A DNA stretch of 64,000 bases from assembly GCF_001194135.2 (NCBI RefSeq), contig NC_068986.1, positions 90,743,444 through 90,807,443 on the forward strand, written 5' to 3'. The notes under the pieces were generated by a model. It was not told the DNA's origin. It searched no databases and saw only the letters and a program-made list of their open reading frames with translations. Origin of the DNA: Octopus bimaculoides (lineage: Eukaryota). The position numbers and the translations under genes are program-made. Shown piece by piece: positions 11,201-23,582 of the stretch (its first letter is position 1; each line of letters begins with the position of its first letter).

Positions 11201-13509
11201 TGAAGTGAAACAATTACAGGCCATTAAATCTTATTTGTTGGAGTAAATTATATTGACTTATTGTGTTTGTTTTAAGTTTAGATAATTCATGTTAGAAATG
11301 GTAGTCCAGCTGTAAAACAATTGAGCCAAATATTCCTGTAGTATATAACATTTGCACAAACATCCAACCAATGTCAACACAAAATACTACATATGATAGT
11401 GGCAAAAACCAATACAGAATTTCTTGAGCTAGGGAAACAATTTAAATGAGAATGAACCAACAAAGGAGCTTCTGAATAGTTACTGGACCTGCTAAAAATA
11501 ACAGTATTATCTCCGCCAAATGATACAGTGTATGAAAAAAGATGAGATGGTCATGACATGAAACCCTTTTATCATAGATCTTGGTCAAGACTAATCTGAA
11601 GTGAAAACATTATTCTTAGAGGGAAAGAAAGAAACTGTCACGAGACAGGATTTAATCTGCAGTCAAAGTAAGGTAGACTTGAAGATGATTCCTAAAAGTT
11701 TGATAGTTGAGGGCAAATACTTTTATTGATTTCAACCATTATGCAGTGGCCATGCTTGGGCACCACCATCAAATGTTTTAGTTATACCATCCTCAATATT
11801 TAGTCTGTTAGCTATTTTTTTCAGTTTCTTTTTATCACATATCAAAATCCCCATATGTTACATTACTTTACGGAGTTACTTTACAGTAATGAAATAAGCA
11901 CAGTATTTACAGTGGTACACACACACACACAAAATGATCTACATATTAGATTCCACTCTAAGACATTAATCTGAAGTTATGATAGGCAGCTGACCAACTA
12001 ACCAGGAAAAGATCTGCCATCCCCATGAAATATTTTGACATACAATTTAAATTAAAAATTACTAGTTAAAAAAACTATACACTAACAATGATCATTCAAT
12101 TTTATAGACTAAAGCTATGGTTTCAAAAATATTATTGAATCATTTTCATTTCTCCATGTTAACACGAGTTGTATAATTACTCTCTATGGCATTGGTTCTC
12201 TTAATGAACAGTATCAGTAGTTGACCAACAACCAGAATATCTTTTAAAATATTGTGCTTGGATTGCCTCAAGTGTCAACCAATGCAGAAGCATTTAAGTC
12301 TAAGTAATTTTTCAGCAGAGGACATATTCAGATTATTCTTGAATGACTTCATGAAATTGGAATTCTCCAATAGTTTGGGTTGGTTGGGGTTACAGAATGT
12401 GTCTAGGATGTCTGAAGTATATCTGGCAGTTTATTAAACCACTGTGATGCACACTTGAATTAGCATCGAACAACATATGGTTTTAGTACTTATCACACTT
12501 CTGTTTATGTCATCTATTGCCACCTATAGCATTATCTGCATATTTATGTTGGATTAATGTGACAAAGTTGTTAAAACTATAAGTTGATGAATTTAGGTAT
12601 TGGTTGAACAAAACAACTAGAATGCAGAAGTTAAGTTTGATCCAATCAGTTGACCAACTTTTGAAAATTAAGATAGGCCACCTTATACTACAAATGGTAG
12701 TAGGTACAGCTATATGGCTTTTACAGATTGTTACTAAATTGGGTCATCTAAATATTATGATCAGTTATACCAAACAAAGCACACAACTGTATGTCTAGAC
12801 AACAAAATAATAAAGCAAGATGGAACCATTAACAAAATTTATAAAGCTAAAATATTCTAAGATCTGTTCGTTTGCTGCATAAAGAAAAGGAAATAATCAG
12901 AAAGGATATTACTACTTAGATAATATGAATTTAATGTTGCTGATAGAAAGGTCGTCTTTCACAAAGGAAAAGGTTTAAGGTTATCTTTCCGCAGAGAAAA
13001 GGGCTTTCATTCAGATTACTTTTAGTTTATCTCATGAAATAGGAATTAACTAAGTTTTGGTGCACAAAATGTGTTGGCAACGATTGCAGATGTAAATTTA
13101 GCAGTAGTTACTGCCAGTTCTAAGTGTCTACAAGAATAATATGTTAAAACACAAGTCTTGTGATGTTTGGAAAAGTAAATGTGGTTGAAGGTATTCATAT
13201 TTGTAGATGTATCACCAAATAAAATCAAAATGAGGTCTATTTCAAATATAGACAAGTATATTAATGGACATTGAACTTTGTAAACAAATTTTCAATATCT
13301 ATCTCAACTTATGTACAATTACTGAGGTTGACAGCATTTATAAACATTGTGATTCTAACCAAAAAAAAATTATACCTACCTCAGCTGTGATCTGTACTGA
13401 AATTTAACATCAAGCAGCATTCAGCTCTAGTATTTTACCTTTATACCATTATTCTATTTATGTCATCTATTGCACTTTACTGCAAAATTTATGTACCCAT
13501 CCAACTCAC

Positions 13510-14600
13510 TTCAGTTTGAAGTGAAAGGCAAAGTCAGACTGCATATTGGGGAAAGCCCCTTGAGGGGAAGGAAATTTTGTTCCTCCCCACTTATTGTGGG
13601 AGGAAAATAAGAGCTTGAGTGTGTGGGCTACCCCCAGGCATGGAGGCTCGATGGATTGACGATACCATCCGGCAAGGCTTGGGGGATAGTGGGTCCAGGT
13701 TGCTAAATGTAACCATGGCTCCCACAGTCAACTGGGAGGGGTCAAAGGCAAATTTGACTGTGGACTCCAGTGGCCACGAAAAATATTGTTTTTCCTGACT
13801 TCTTAAAGATGGCCAGGTTCAGGTACCCGGTGATACTTGAGGGACACCCCCCCTCTCAAGTGTCACCTGTGCCTGGAGACCGGCCATATCAGGAAAAACT
13901 GTCCCCAGGGCTGTGGTAAGGCACTGGAGCAGAAAAAAGAAAAGGTGCCTGCCGCCCCCCATTGGAGGGGGAGACAGAAGTCATGGAGGAAGTTGCCTCC
14001 ATGAAAAGAAAAAGGAAGGTGAGCAACAATGGCTGATCACCAAAAAAATGGGCAAGCAGCACAGGAGGCGGAAGGAGATAGTGCCCGCCGATGCAGGTCC
14101 CTGCTCCCGTAGCCTCTAAGAGAAAGAGGAAAAGAAAAGGAGGACAGTCGGCAGATGTCCCTGTGCCGCCGAATGAACTGCTGGTGGGATGTGTGCCACC
14201 AGCAGAAAAGGTTCCGTCAGTGGGAAGTGTGCCACTGACGGAACAGCTTCACGCCCCTTCCTGTGAGGAGGAGGAGTTCGTCCTCTTTATCACGAAGGAG
14301 GGCCTGTGCGAGAAGTTTTGGACGGCCTGGGCGACCAAGACCGTAGGTACTCAGACTGCACAGGCAGTCCAATATGGCCTCCGCAGGTGGCTGCAAAGGT
14401 GGTGGAACATAAGGTTTTGGCAAGAGTCATAGAGACCTTTGACTGGAGGGAATTTGCTTTCCTCTTCACAGGTCCCGACCTGTCAGTACAGAGTTGTCTG
14501 CAAGCAGCAAGTCAACTTGCTTGGGGGCTCTGATGAAGAGGATGGATATTAATCTTTTTATTTTTTTAATTCTTTTTTTATGCGCCCTTTTCAAGCTTAG
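13510..14600 (+). mobile_element. Decayed ORF1 of a Tx1/L1-clade LINE
   Basis: Zinc knuckle CHLCLETGHIRKNCP (CX2CX4HX4C, ~13860-13905), basic KRKRKRK tract, stops and frameshifts, T-rich tract after the ORF. Confidence 0.7.
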
Positions 14601-14689
14601 CTCATGGGCCCAGTTTCTATAGTTTCATATGTGTTCTCCCCAGCTAGATGGGACGCCAGTCCATCGCAGTGTTACTCAAGAAACAGGAA

Positions 14690-14870
14690 GAAAGAGTGAG
14701 AGAAAGTTGGAGCAAAAGAGCACAACTGGGGTCACGACCACCCCCTGCCGGAGCCTCATGGAGCTTTAGGTGTTTTCACTCAATAAAAACACACAACGCC
14801 CGGTCTGGGAATCGAAACCTCGATCCTCCGACCGCGAGTCTGCTGCCCTAACCACTTGCGCCTCCACATT
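14690..14870 (-). mobile_element. SINE family A, 5' half with tRNA-like head
   Basis: Minus strand reads GTGGTTAGGG (A box) and GGTTTCGATTCCC (B box); similar to 23440-23580. Confidence 0.8.
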
Positions 14871-17539
14871 AATCTTTACTGTAATGATTGTATTGTTATT
14901 TTTGAGAATTTGATGTAAAGGAAAAATTTTATTCGATGGCTTGTTGGTCAGTGGGCGCCGACATCCCTCTCATCTTTATCATATTTTCATTTCATCTCAT
15001 TTTGTCTACGTCCAGCCCACAAGCTTCTACTCTATGACCAATATAATGAAATAAAGAAGGCCAGTGACCAAGTACCCATGACTGATACCATGAAGTATAG
15101 TTTCACTGATATCCATGACACTATATTTCATGGATCTTGACTAGCAGTCAGAAACAGCCTCACTTACAGCCTTTTTCTTAAATGCAAGTAGTTGGGCTTC
15201 AACTTAGCATCTTGTCCCTGGTAAAACCTCAGGCTACGAAAACAGTTCAAAGTGCAAAAAGCATCAATCCTGCTGGCTGCCACATGCATTATCCAACATG
15301 GGAGCACCTAATTCTAAGTATGTAATTAAGTCTGATCCTATCACAGGTTAAAATAACCATCCTGTTAAAATGTGGAAAATGCAAGAATTTAAAGATTTCT
15401 ATCTCCTGCTACCATAGAAACAGTTCTACAGATTTACAGATTATTAACTGAACCCGAAACTATGAGGCTGCAAAGCAAACTTCTTAACCACACATCCATG
15501 CCTGTGATAAAAAAAAATATAATAAGTTGGCTGCGGATGTAAACAACGTAAGTAATAGACATAAATTGACCTTTGTAGACTAAACATTTTAATTCTATTT
15601 ACCTTTAGAGTTGTCTCATGCAATTATTGCAGTTGATGACAATTTTTGATTAATAAATATCTGATCCTTACTAAACTATTGATTCATAAATGTCTCCTTA
15701 TAAAGATTAAACCATTGTGATGTATTACCATCAAACAGCATTGAGCTTTAATATTTTATATTTAGAACAGTAATCTGGGAGATTTTAGAAATAGCCATAT
15801 TTGCATATCCATCCAGCACACTTTTACCTTTGTTTTTCTTTTTACTTGTTTCAGTCAAAGGACAGCGGCCATGCTGGGGCACTGCTTTGAAGAGTTTAGT
15901 CAATACAAATAAACCTCAGTACTTCTGCTCTTTTTTAAAGTATGATCTATCAGTCACTATTGCCAAAATACTATGTCAAGGGGTATGTAAAAAAAAATTT
16001 TAAGTGGTAGGGTAGGATACAAACACAATGACACAGAGAGGCTTCCACACAGTTTCCATCCACCAAATTCACTCAAGGGATTGTTCAGTCTTGAGGTATG
16101 GTAGAAGACACTTGCTCAGGGTGCCATAGTGAGACTGAAATCAAAACACAGCAGTTGAAAAGTGAGCTTCTTAACCACACAGCCAAGCTTGCTAGTTAGT
16201 TTAAAGTAAAAAAAAATGTGTTGCATATTGAAGAAATTCAACATTTGCTGAGAAAATAACTGGAATAAAGTCTAATATTCAAATGTAAAGAGCACACATG
16301 CTGGTACCAAGTAAAAGGTGTTAGGAAGGGCATCCAACCATAGAAGCCATGCCGAAACAGACATTTGGAGTTCAATGCAACTCTACAGCTGGGCAGCTGC
16401 TATTGAACCGTCCAACCCATACCAGCAGAGAAAACAGATGCTAAAGGATGAAACCACTTCATTTCAGTCTACTATGGAAACAGTTTATAGACATTTATAG
16501 TTTACAGATTGCTACAAAATTGCATAGCCAAAAATCTATTTAATTAGGCCGAACAAAATTCACAAACATAACTAAACAAAGTTGAAATGGAGCGAAATGA
16601 ACGAAGGAACAAAATTTGTAAAGCTAACGTATCCTGGAATTAAGGGCCCTTTTATACAAAGAAAATACAACTAAATTAGCATAATTTATGCAGAAATATC
16701 TTTTTTTTCTACTAATCATTATTTTCCTGTTGGTGGAAGGCCACCTTTCATCAAGGGAAAGGTTTTCCTTTTCCAGATTACTCTTGGTAAATCCTAATTT
16801 CAAATTCATGAGATAAATCAACTTTGGAGAATGAAATGTGTTGTCAGTGCCTGCAAAAAGATTTCACAACAATAACTGTCAATTCTAGGAGTGACTACAT
16901 GGGAAAATCTGCTGAAATAACTGCTATCTTTGAACATAGTTAAAAAGTGTTGTTGTGTAGCCACATTAGATCATAAGAAAGGAAGGTTACTTCCAATATA
17001 GACAATTTCAGTAACACAATCTGACCTTTGTAAACAGAAAATTCATTTACATTCATCCGTAAACTTGCCTCATACAATTACTGTACTAAATGATAATTTC
17101 AGGATAGTAAAAATATATTATCCTTAAAAAATATGGATTTATGACTGCTTCATTATCAAGGTAAGGAAGTTCTTTATTAAAAAGAGTTGAATCATACTTA
17201 AATTACCATCAAACATTTAATTTTAGTATTTTATATTTACAGTCCTATTCCATTCATGTTATCTGTTACAGCTAATTGCATTATTTGAAAATCCAACCCA
17301 CCATTCTAAACTTGACAATTTAAATTAGATGTTGCTATACTAAAAACCTGAATGACTAAATTCTTCAATTTGCAGCATAGCAACTGTGACTTTAGATTAT
17401 CAAGTTTTAAGTAGTTGGATGGATATTCAAATAAAGCTATTTGCAACTAGAGACAACAGAAGTGGCCAAGTAAGAGAACAATAGCTACCAGTGATGAATG
17501 CTACCTTCTCCATGGGTGTCGTACCCTAACCAAATGATT

Positions 17540-17868
17540 GAAGTCAAAAAGAAGCTTTCCCCAGACATATCCAGCCCCTAAGAAACATCAAGAAACCAAA
17601 CTCCAGCTCTGAATGACAACCTTCCCCAACTGATATGAGAATCCTCCTTGTTAAAGACCTTCCTCCTGGTTTGGAGGAATAATGGATACAGTGGAAAACA
17701 CTCAACTGCCTAAGAATGAGACAATTACAAGTTGCTTTGGTCAGATTGGGCAACAAGATTGGTTCAGCCACTTGTACATATGAAGAAATACTATGGAACA
17801 TGGCCTTGTCTGCCCTCTACTACCCAGCCCACGCTGCTCAAAAGACCTTGAAGACTGTAATAAAAATG
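17540..17868 (+). mobile_element. Decayed 3' end of a LINE
   Basis: Broken frame resembling LINE C-termini (LPPG..W..W..LN.LR...C..C..TM.H..CP); a related end lies near 51100-51370. Confidence 0.4.
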
Positions 17869-17902
17869 CAGGAGTGGCTGTGTGGTAAGTAGCTCACTTA
17901 CC

Positions 17903-20900
17903 TGACTTCTGTTCAGACGTGTTGTACTTCTTGTGGTAAGAGTATTTCTTGATGTTGCTGTTATTGTTGCCTTGCTGTGCTTATTAAATTTGTCGTTGGA
18001 TTACCGTTGAAAATTTGTTGAATTTTTATTCTCTGATTTTACCGGGGAATAATTACAATACTGTCAAAATTGTTGGCCATTATGACAGTTCCTTACTTGT
18101 GAACATTCGAACTGTTAATTGTCTTTTTTAGACTATTTTTGTGCCCCTCCCACTAGCGGGGGTGGAATTTGAACTATATCATTGAAATATGAATTATCTT
18201 TGAACCGCTTGGAGAGAAAAAACTTTTAATAGGTGTCCCAGCTCTGTGGGAAACTAATAACCATATTGTTAATTTTGTATGGAATAATGTCTATCGAAAT
18301 TATTCCTGTAAAAGTTACACTCATTGAGAGTGATAAAGTTGGCAGTTGTGCCAACACTGTAAAGAAATTTTCTGCAGTTGCCGAGGTGGCAACCGAGAAT
18401 ATTAACATTAGTGGAAATCAGCTCGTAGAGCTTGGCCGAAGACGCAGGGGCTGTTGGTCTGACGAGGAAGTAGCGGACCTTGTTAAGAAGGAGGCAGAGT
18501 TATTGGTTGCCAAAGCTAGGCACATCAATGCAGGCATTGCACGGTTCCTACCGGGAAAAACTGCCAGACAGGTAGGATCCAAGAGGGCAGATCTGGACAA
18601 AAGGACTCGTGAGAGTCATCAAGGGTCAGGTCTGTCTGCTGCCAATTCCCAATGACATGTCGAGGTTGGATCTTCTTGTCCTGACTGGAGGGATCGCTTC
18701 CTCGATGCTGCATGTCCTGGGCATACCCGTTGTTCTGCGGTCTTCTCAGAGGCCCTATTGGAGCTCGTGGAAGACGAGACCGCGGCTACCTAGGACTCTT
18801 TTGTTAGAAAAGTTGAGGACTGGGTGGAGCACTGTAAAATGCATAGGGAAAATGCTGCTGGGGCAAGTAATAGAGAAAGGGTAGTAAATAGGTCCAACTT
18901 TCAGCGGCAGGGTAAGCTACGAAGATATGCCCGCCACCAGGAATTATACACTAAAGATAGGAAGAGGCTCCTTGCAGTAGTATTAGGTGAGGATGCGGAG
19001 CAGGGATGCCCAATCCCTCTGCCCACTATAGAGGAATTCTATAAGGAAAGGCTTTCCTCTCCAGGCCCTGAGGTAGACCTCTCTGACTACCCTTCCTCCT
19101 CCCGGGTCAAGAACGGTCCTATTTTGCGGCCGTTCTCAGTGGAGGAGGTTAAATTTAGTTGGAGACATATGAATACTTTCTCAGTGGTAGGACCTGATGG
19201 GCTTACAATTAGTGAAACTAAGTCCATGGACCCTTCTATCCTCGTCAATATATGTAACTGCATGTTGCTGGCCGGGAAAGTTCCCAACATCCTGAAGCGT
19301 GGTAGGTCCATTCTCATACCCGAGAGGACAGATGATCTTTAAGATCTCACCAACTGGCGGCCGCTGACGATATGTTCAGCGGCGTATCATCTCTTTTCAA
19401 AGATGGTCACCAAATGAATGCTTCAGGTAACTCCCCTCAATCCAGCTCAGCATGGATTTATCTGGGCTGACAGCTACAGCGAGAATTCATTTCGCCTTCG
19501 ACAGCTAGTCAGCCATGAGATGAGGATAGCATGGCTGAGAATGCCGCGACTGGATGTTGCCTTCATGGATCTCGCCAAGGCCTTCAATACAGACTCGCAC
19601 TTGGTGTATGCGAGACTGTGAAGACTTGGGTACCACGAGCACGTTATAGCGCTCATGGAGGGGATCTATGAAGGAAGTACTACCAGATTCTCAATCAGTA
19701 GGCAAGTAAGTGAACCCATCAAGATACACCAGGGTGTTAGGCAAGGGATGGAGTCCAGAATACAAATATCTGGACTTGCCAAACAAAAAGAAGACCATGG
19801 GTTAAGTCAAGAAGACTGCTTTGCTGATCTCCTAAAACTAGTTACAATAAAATCAGTTCTGGTGGACATGAAATGGCTCTAAAAGTTAACTTCACAGAGT
19901 TTGAGGTCACAGCACCAACCAAAGCACACAAATGTAGCAAGGCTACAGACAAGGACAAAATTCAACCCAAGATATTAAAAGCTTTAAATAAAATATTCTA
20001 TGGCTGGCTTGCATATACCATGTAGTTTGGACCACTGCCATGACGAAACAATGGAAATTTACAGTGATAATCCTAATCTATAAAACAGAGAGAGAAAGAT
20101 GGGAGGGAGAGAGAGAAAGAAAGTGAGCATGTTTTAATTATAACAGAAACATCTTAATCTTCCCTAGCAAAGTCTTTGCTACATGTCTGGAAAAAACATG
20201 TAGGAATATTGCTGAACCCAATTTAGTTGAAGAATATTATGGCTTTCATCCACGATGCAACCAACCAAATATTCACTTAACAGCAGGACTTCAAGAAATT
20301 GTGAGAATATAGCCAAGAGGTACATGTTGGACAGAAATTCAGATTACAAATATCTGGACTTGCCAAACCAAAAGATTCTCAATCGCTGGGTAAGTAAGTG
20401 AACCCATCAAGATACAACAGGGTGTTAGGCAAGGGGATGTGCTCTCGTCGATCCTCTTCAACATCGCAACCGACCCGCTCTTAGATGTGTTATCGGGCAG
20501 TGGGGAGTTGTGTGTTGAGAGAATCCGGGTAGACGGAATCGCATATGCAGACGACTTGTTCCTAGTCGCTGTGTCATGCGGTGGTCTCCAGGCTCTTATT
20601 GATAGATGCCTGGAGTTCTACGGCGCAGTCAGACTGGGACTTAATGTTAGTAAGTGTGCGTGATTCTCCATCCATGGCTGGGGCAAGTCCTATCATGTCA
20701 ATGATAGCACTTCACCAAGCATTGATGGTGTCACTTTAAGACAGATAGAACTGGAGGAAAGGGTATCCTACTTAGTTCTTAATGTTCCCATGTGGAGTTC
20801 AAACTCAAGTCGGGAATTTTCTGTAGAATCAGTGGTGCAGGTGTCACTGGACATTAATAAGATATGCAGGGCTCCACTGAAACCCTGACAGACATTCCTT

Positions 20901-22055
20901 TTGCTGCAGCAGTATTACATGCCGAGACTTTTTCATAGTCTTCTGAAGGTACTGCCGTCAAGAGACATTCTCGAGAGACTGGACGTGGTCATCTGCATGG
21001 GGGCTAGAAGGATGTTACATCTCCCAGAAACTACTTCCTCTTTCTTCCTATACAGCAGCCGGCGTGATGGCAGGTTAAGTCTTCACCAGATGGTGAGACT
21101 GATACCTAAGTATGTCATCCACCGTAATCTTCGCCTACTGACTTCTGGGTATACGTCTGTTAGGAAGGTTGCTGAACAGAATCAGCAACGAATAGCATCC
21201 TTTGACTTACTGTTGCTACCTGCGGGTGCTACCGAGTACAACCCTGACATCCAGCTGGTGCACTCCCATAGATGGGTGGCCCAGCTGGTGCATATGTGGC
21301 GGCATACCGTGGGGATGCAATTGGTAATAGTTGGATAAGTAGGTTGGGTAGGATTACGGAGGGGTGTTACTCGAGTCTTACCAAGATTCACTCCAATTTA
21401 TATCCTACCCAAGAAACTTGGACACATGGGGCCCATGGAGACTCCACGTGTCCGAGATGTAAAGTAGGGGCAGAGACAATCTCCCATATCAGTGGTGTCT
21501 GCTGTGCTCTTAAAGTACCCCAATTCACCAGGCACAATAAAATATGTAGCCTGGTGGCAAAAGAAGCTGTCAACTATGGTTGGAATGTCAGTGCGGAGCC
21601 TTCTGACATTGTAGGAGGCTCCAGGCTGATTCCCGACTTAGTATTTAGTCGTCCAGAGAAGGTAGTAGTCATTGATGTGACCATCCTATTGGAGCAAGGA
21701 GATGGCTTGAGAGAAGCAACTCTTGAGAAAATGCACAAGCTCATACAACTGCTGTTGCAGGAGTTTGATTAGCCAGGGTAGGTGCATGGACTCACAATTG
21801 GTGCCTGTGGTGCCTGGTGCCGGCCTGCAAGAGTGGGCATCCGTGACAGGTCATTTCGGCAACTACTCAGCCGGATGGCCATGCTACTTATATACAATAT
21901 GCTAAGAGACTAGCTCTCAGCATGGGGGTCTTGCGGGCAGAACCCAAGTATGATGACTTAGAAGTGGGACCTATGTAAGAAAGACTTTCAAAAATGACAC
22001 CAGACTTGACGATAAATCTGAAGACGTTTTTCTGGATGGAGTCCAGAATACCTGG

Positions 22056-22091
<36 letters not shown>

Positions 22092-22141
22092 TAGCGTCTC
22101 AGATGTGATAGTAATTCTCCATTGTGGGCTGCCTCACCTAA
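17903..22141 (+). mobile_element. Decayed R2-type (restriction-like endonuclease) non-LTR retrotransposon, interrupted at ~19751-20372
   Basis: In order: Myb-like WSDEEVADLVKKEAELL..INAGIARFLPGKTARQVGSKR (~18455-18590); RYARHQELY; GPDG; NWRPLTI; QHGF; DLAKAFNT; GVRQGD; YADD (~20544-20555); LGLNVSKC; CCHC CPRCKVGAETISHISGVC; REL motif PDLV..IDVTI..EKMHK. Multiple stops and frameshifts. Outer boundaries approximate. Confidence 0.85.
19765..20372 (+). mobile_element. Insert within the R2-type element containing an RTE-like RT fragment
   Basis: ~20180-20335 translates as LEKTCRNIAEPNLVEEYYGFHP, resembling the RTE E..L.EEQ.GFRP region; also an (AG)-rich tract. Confidence 0.55.
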
Positions 22142-22510
22142 TCATTTCCATGCCAGGATCTGTTTGATCAACCGTTTGCAGATACACGTGACCTTTCATG
22201 CCATTAATATTCCTCATCAATCAGTAAAATACCAAGACGAGACGGAAATTCCAGAAGCCAACATTTTGGAAAGGAAAGACTGGTTGTAGTAATTAATGCA
22301 GGACGGACAGAAATAAAGGTGATAAACTGATTAATGTGTTAGAATGTCCAAATGGAAATGGCAAGCGTCCAGCCAACTCTGAAAGAGAACGGAGTATTAT
22401 TGTAGTGACAGAAATAGTAATGAAGAGAGAGTGCACTTATGGACTAGAGAATGGAGTGTATGAATGACAATAATGGATCTGAAGACATTTTTCTGGATGC
22501 AGTCTAGAAT

Positions 22511-22548
<38 letters not shown>

Positions 22549-23239
22549 GTGCGTGCGCGCGCACACTCGCATAGTGATGGCATCTCAGGTGTGATAGTAA
22601 TACTCCATTGTGGGCCACCTCACCTAAGCTTTGTAGAGTGTCAATAAATGTTGGGGGGGGCTGAGATATCTAGACTCTGAAGAGATAGGCCAGGCACTGA
22701 AATGCAGTTCTGTCAAGTTTGTGCTTCCAATAGAAGAGATTTTCAATGACATGAGGTTTAAGATGCAAAGCAATTGCGAAGGCTATAGTTGCATGCTGCT
22801 AATGATTAAAAGCAGTAGGAACATCATTTTCTTAACATGAGTAGAAATCCCCATCAGAAAATGCTTTTGAAGTTTCTGATCAAGGAATCATTGCAGCTCA
22901 TTCCTTAGTCACTCATAGTTTACCCCCACATTTCTTTCTGTATGTTCATCACAACTGAATTGTACTTGACTTTTCTTCAGAGCATAAATATGATCATACT
23001 TTTGTAACAAATAACCAGTGCAGTACCAGCCACTGCAAGTCTAAAATCAAGAAAATCCATTCTATGAATTAAGTTAAAGAATACTTCAACATTAAGGAAG
23101 CCTAGAAAGCTGAATTAAGGGAGTACTCTAGTTGCGAGGGTCTCCATTGTACCGCAACTCAATTTGTAGTGTCTAACAAGAATGCAGAGGATAGAAAGAA
23201 ACAAACAAGTTGAGGTCAGGACAAGGAATGTATGCTGGC

Positions 23240-23582
23240 ACTCCGTCGCTTACGACGTCGAGGGTTCCAGTTGATTCGATCAACGGAACAGCCTGCTCGT
23301 GAAATTAACATGCAAGTGGCTGAGCACTCCAGACACGTGTACCCTTAACGTAGTTCTCGAGGATATTCAGCGTGACACACTGTGACAAGGCTAACCCTTT
23401 GAATTACAGGAATAACAGAAACAGGAAGTAAGAGTGAGAGAAAGTTGTGATGAAAGAGTACAGCAGGGTTCGCCACCATCCCCTGCCAGTGGCTCGTGAG
23501 GCTTTAGGTGCTTTTCGCTCAATAAACACTCACAACGCCCGGTCTGGGAATCGAAACCGCGAGTCCAATGCCCTAACCACTG
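23240..23582 (-). mobile_element. SINE family A, near full length
   Basis: tRNA-like head (GTGGTTAGGG; GGTTTCGATTCCC), central body, and the same 3' tail as 1045-1226. Confidence 0.85.

Noticed and set aside
12400-13340. Possible decayed pogo-like transposase or Cys-rich coding remnant
   Set aside because: Too many stops, no TIRs and no diagnostic motif I could support.
14690-14870. tRNA gene calls for A/B-box sequences here and in other SINE heads
   Set aside because: No complete cloverleaf; they continue into SINE bodies.
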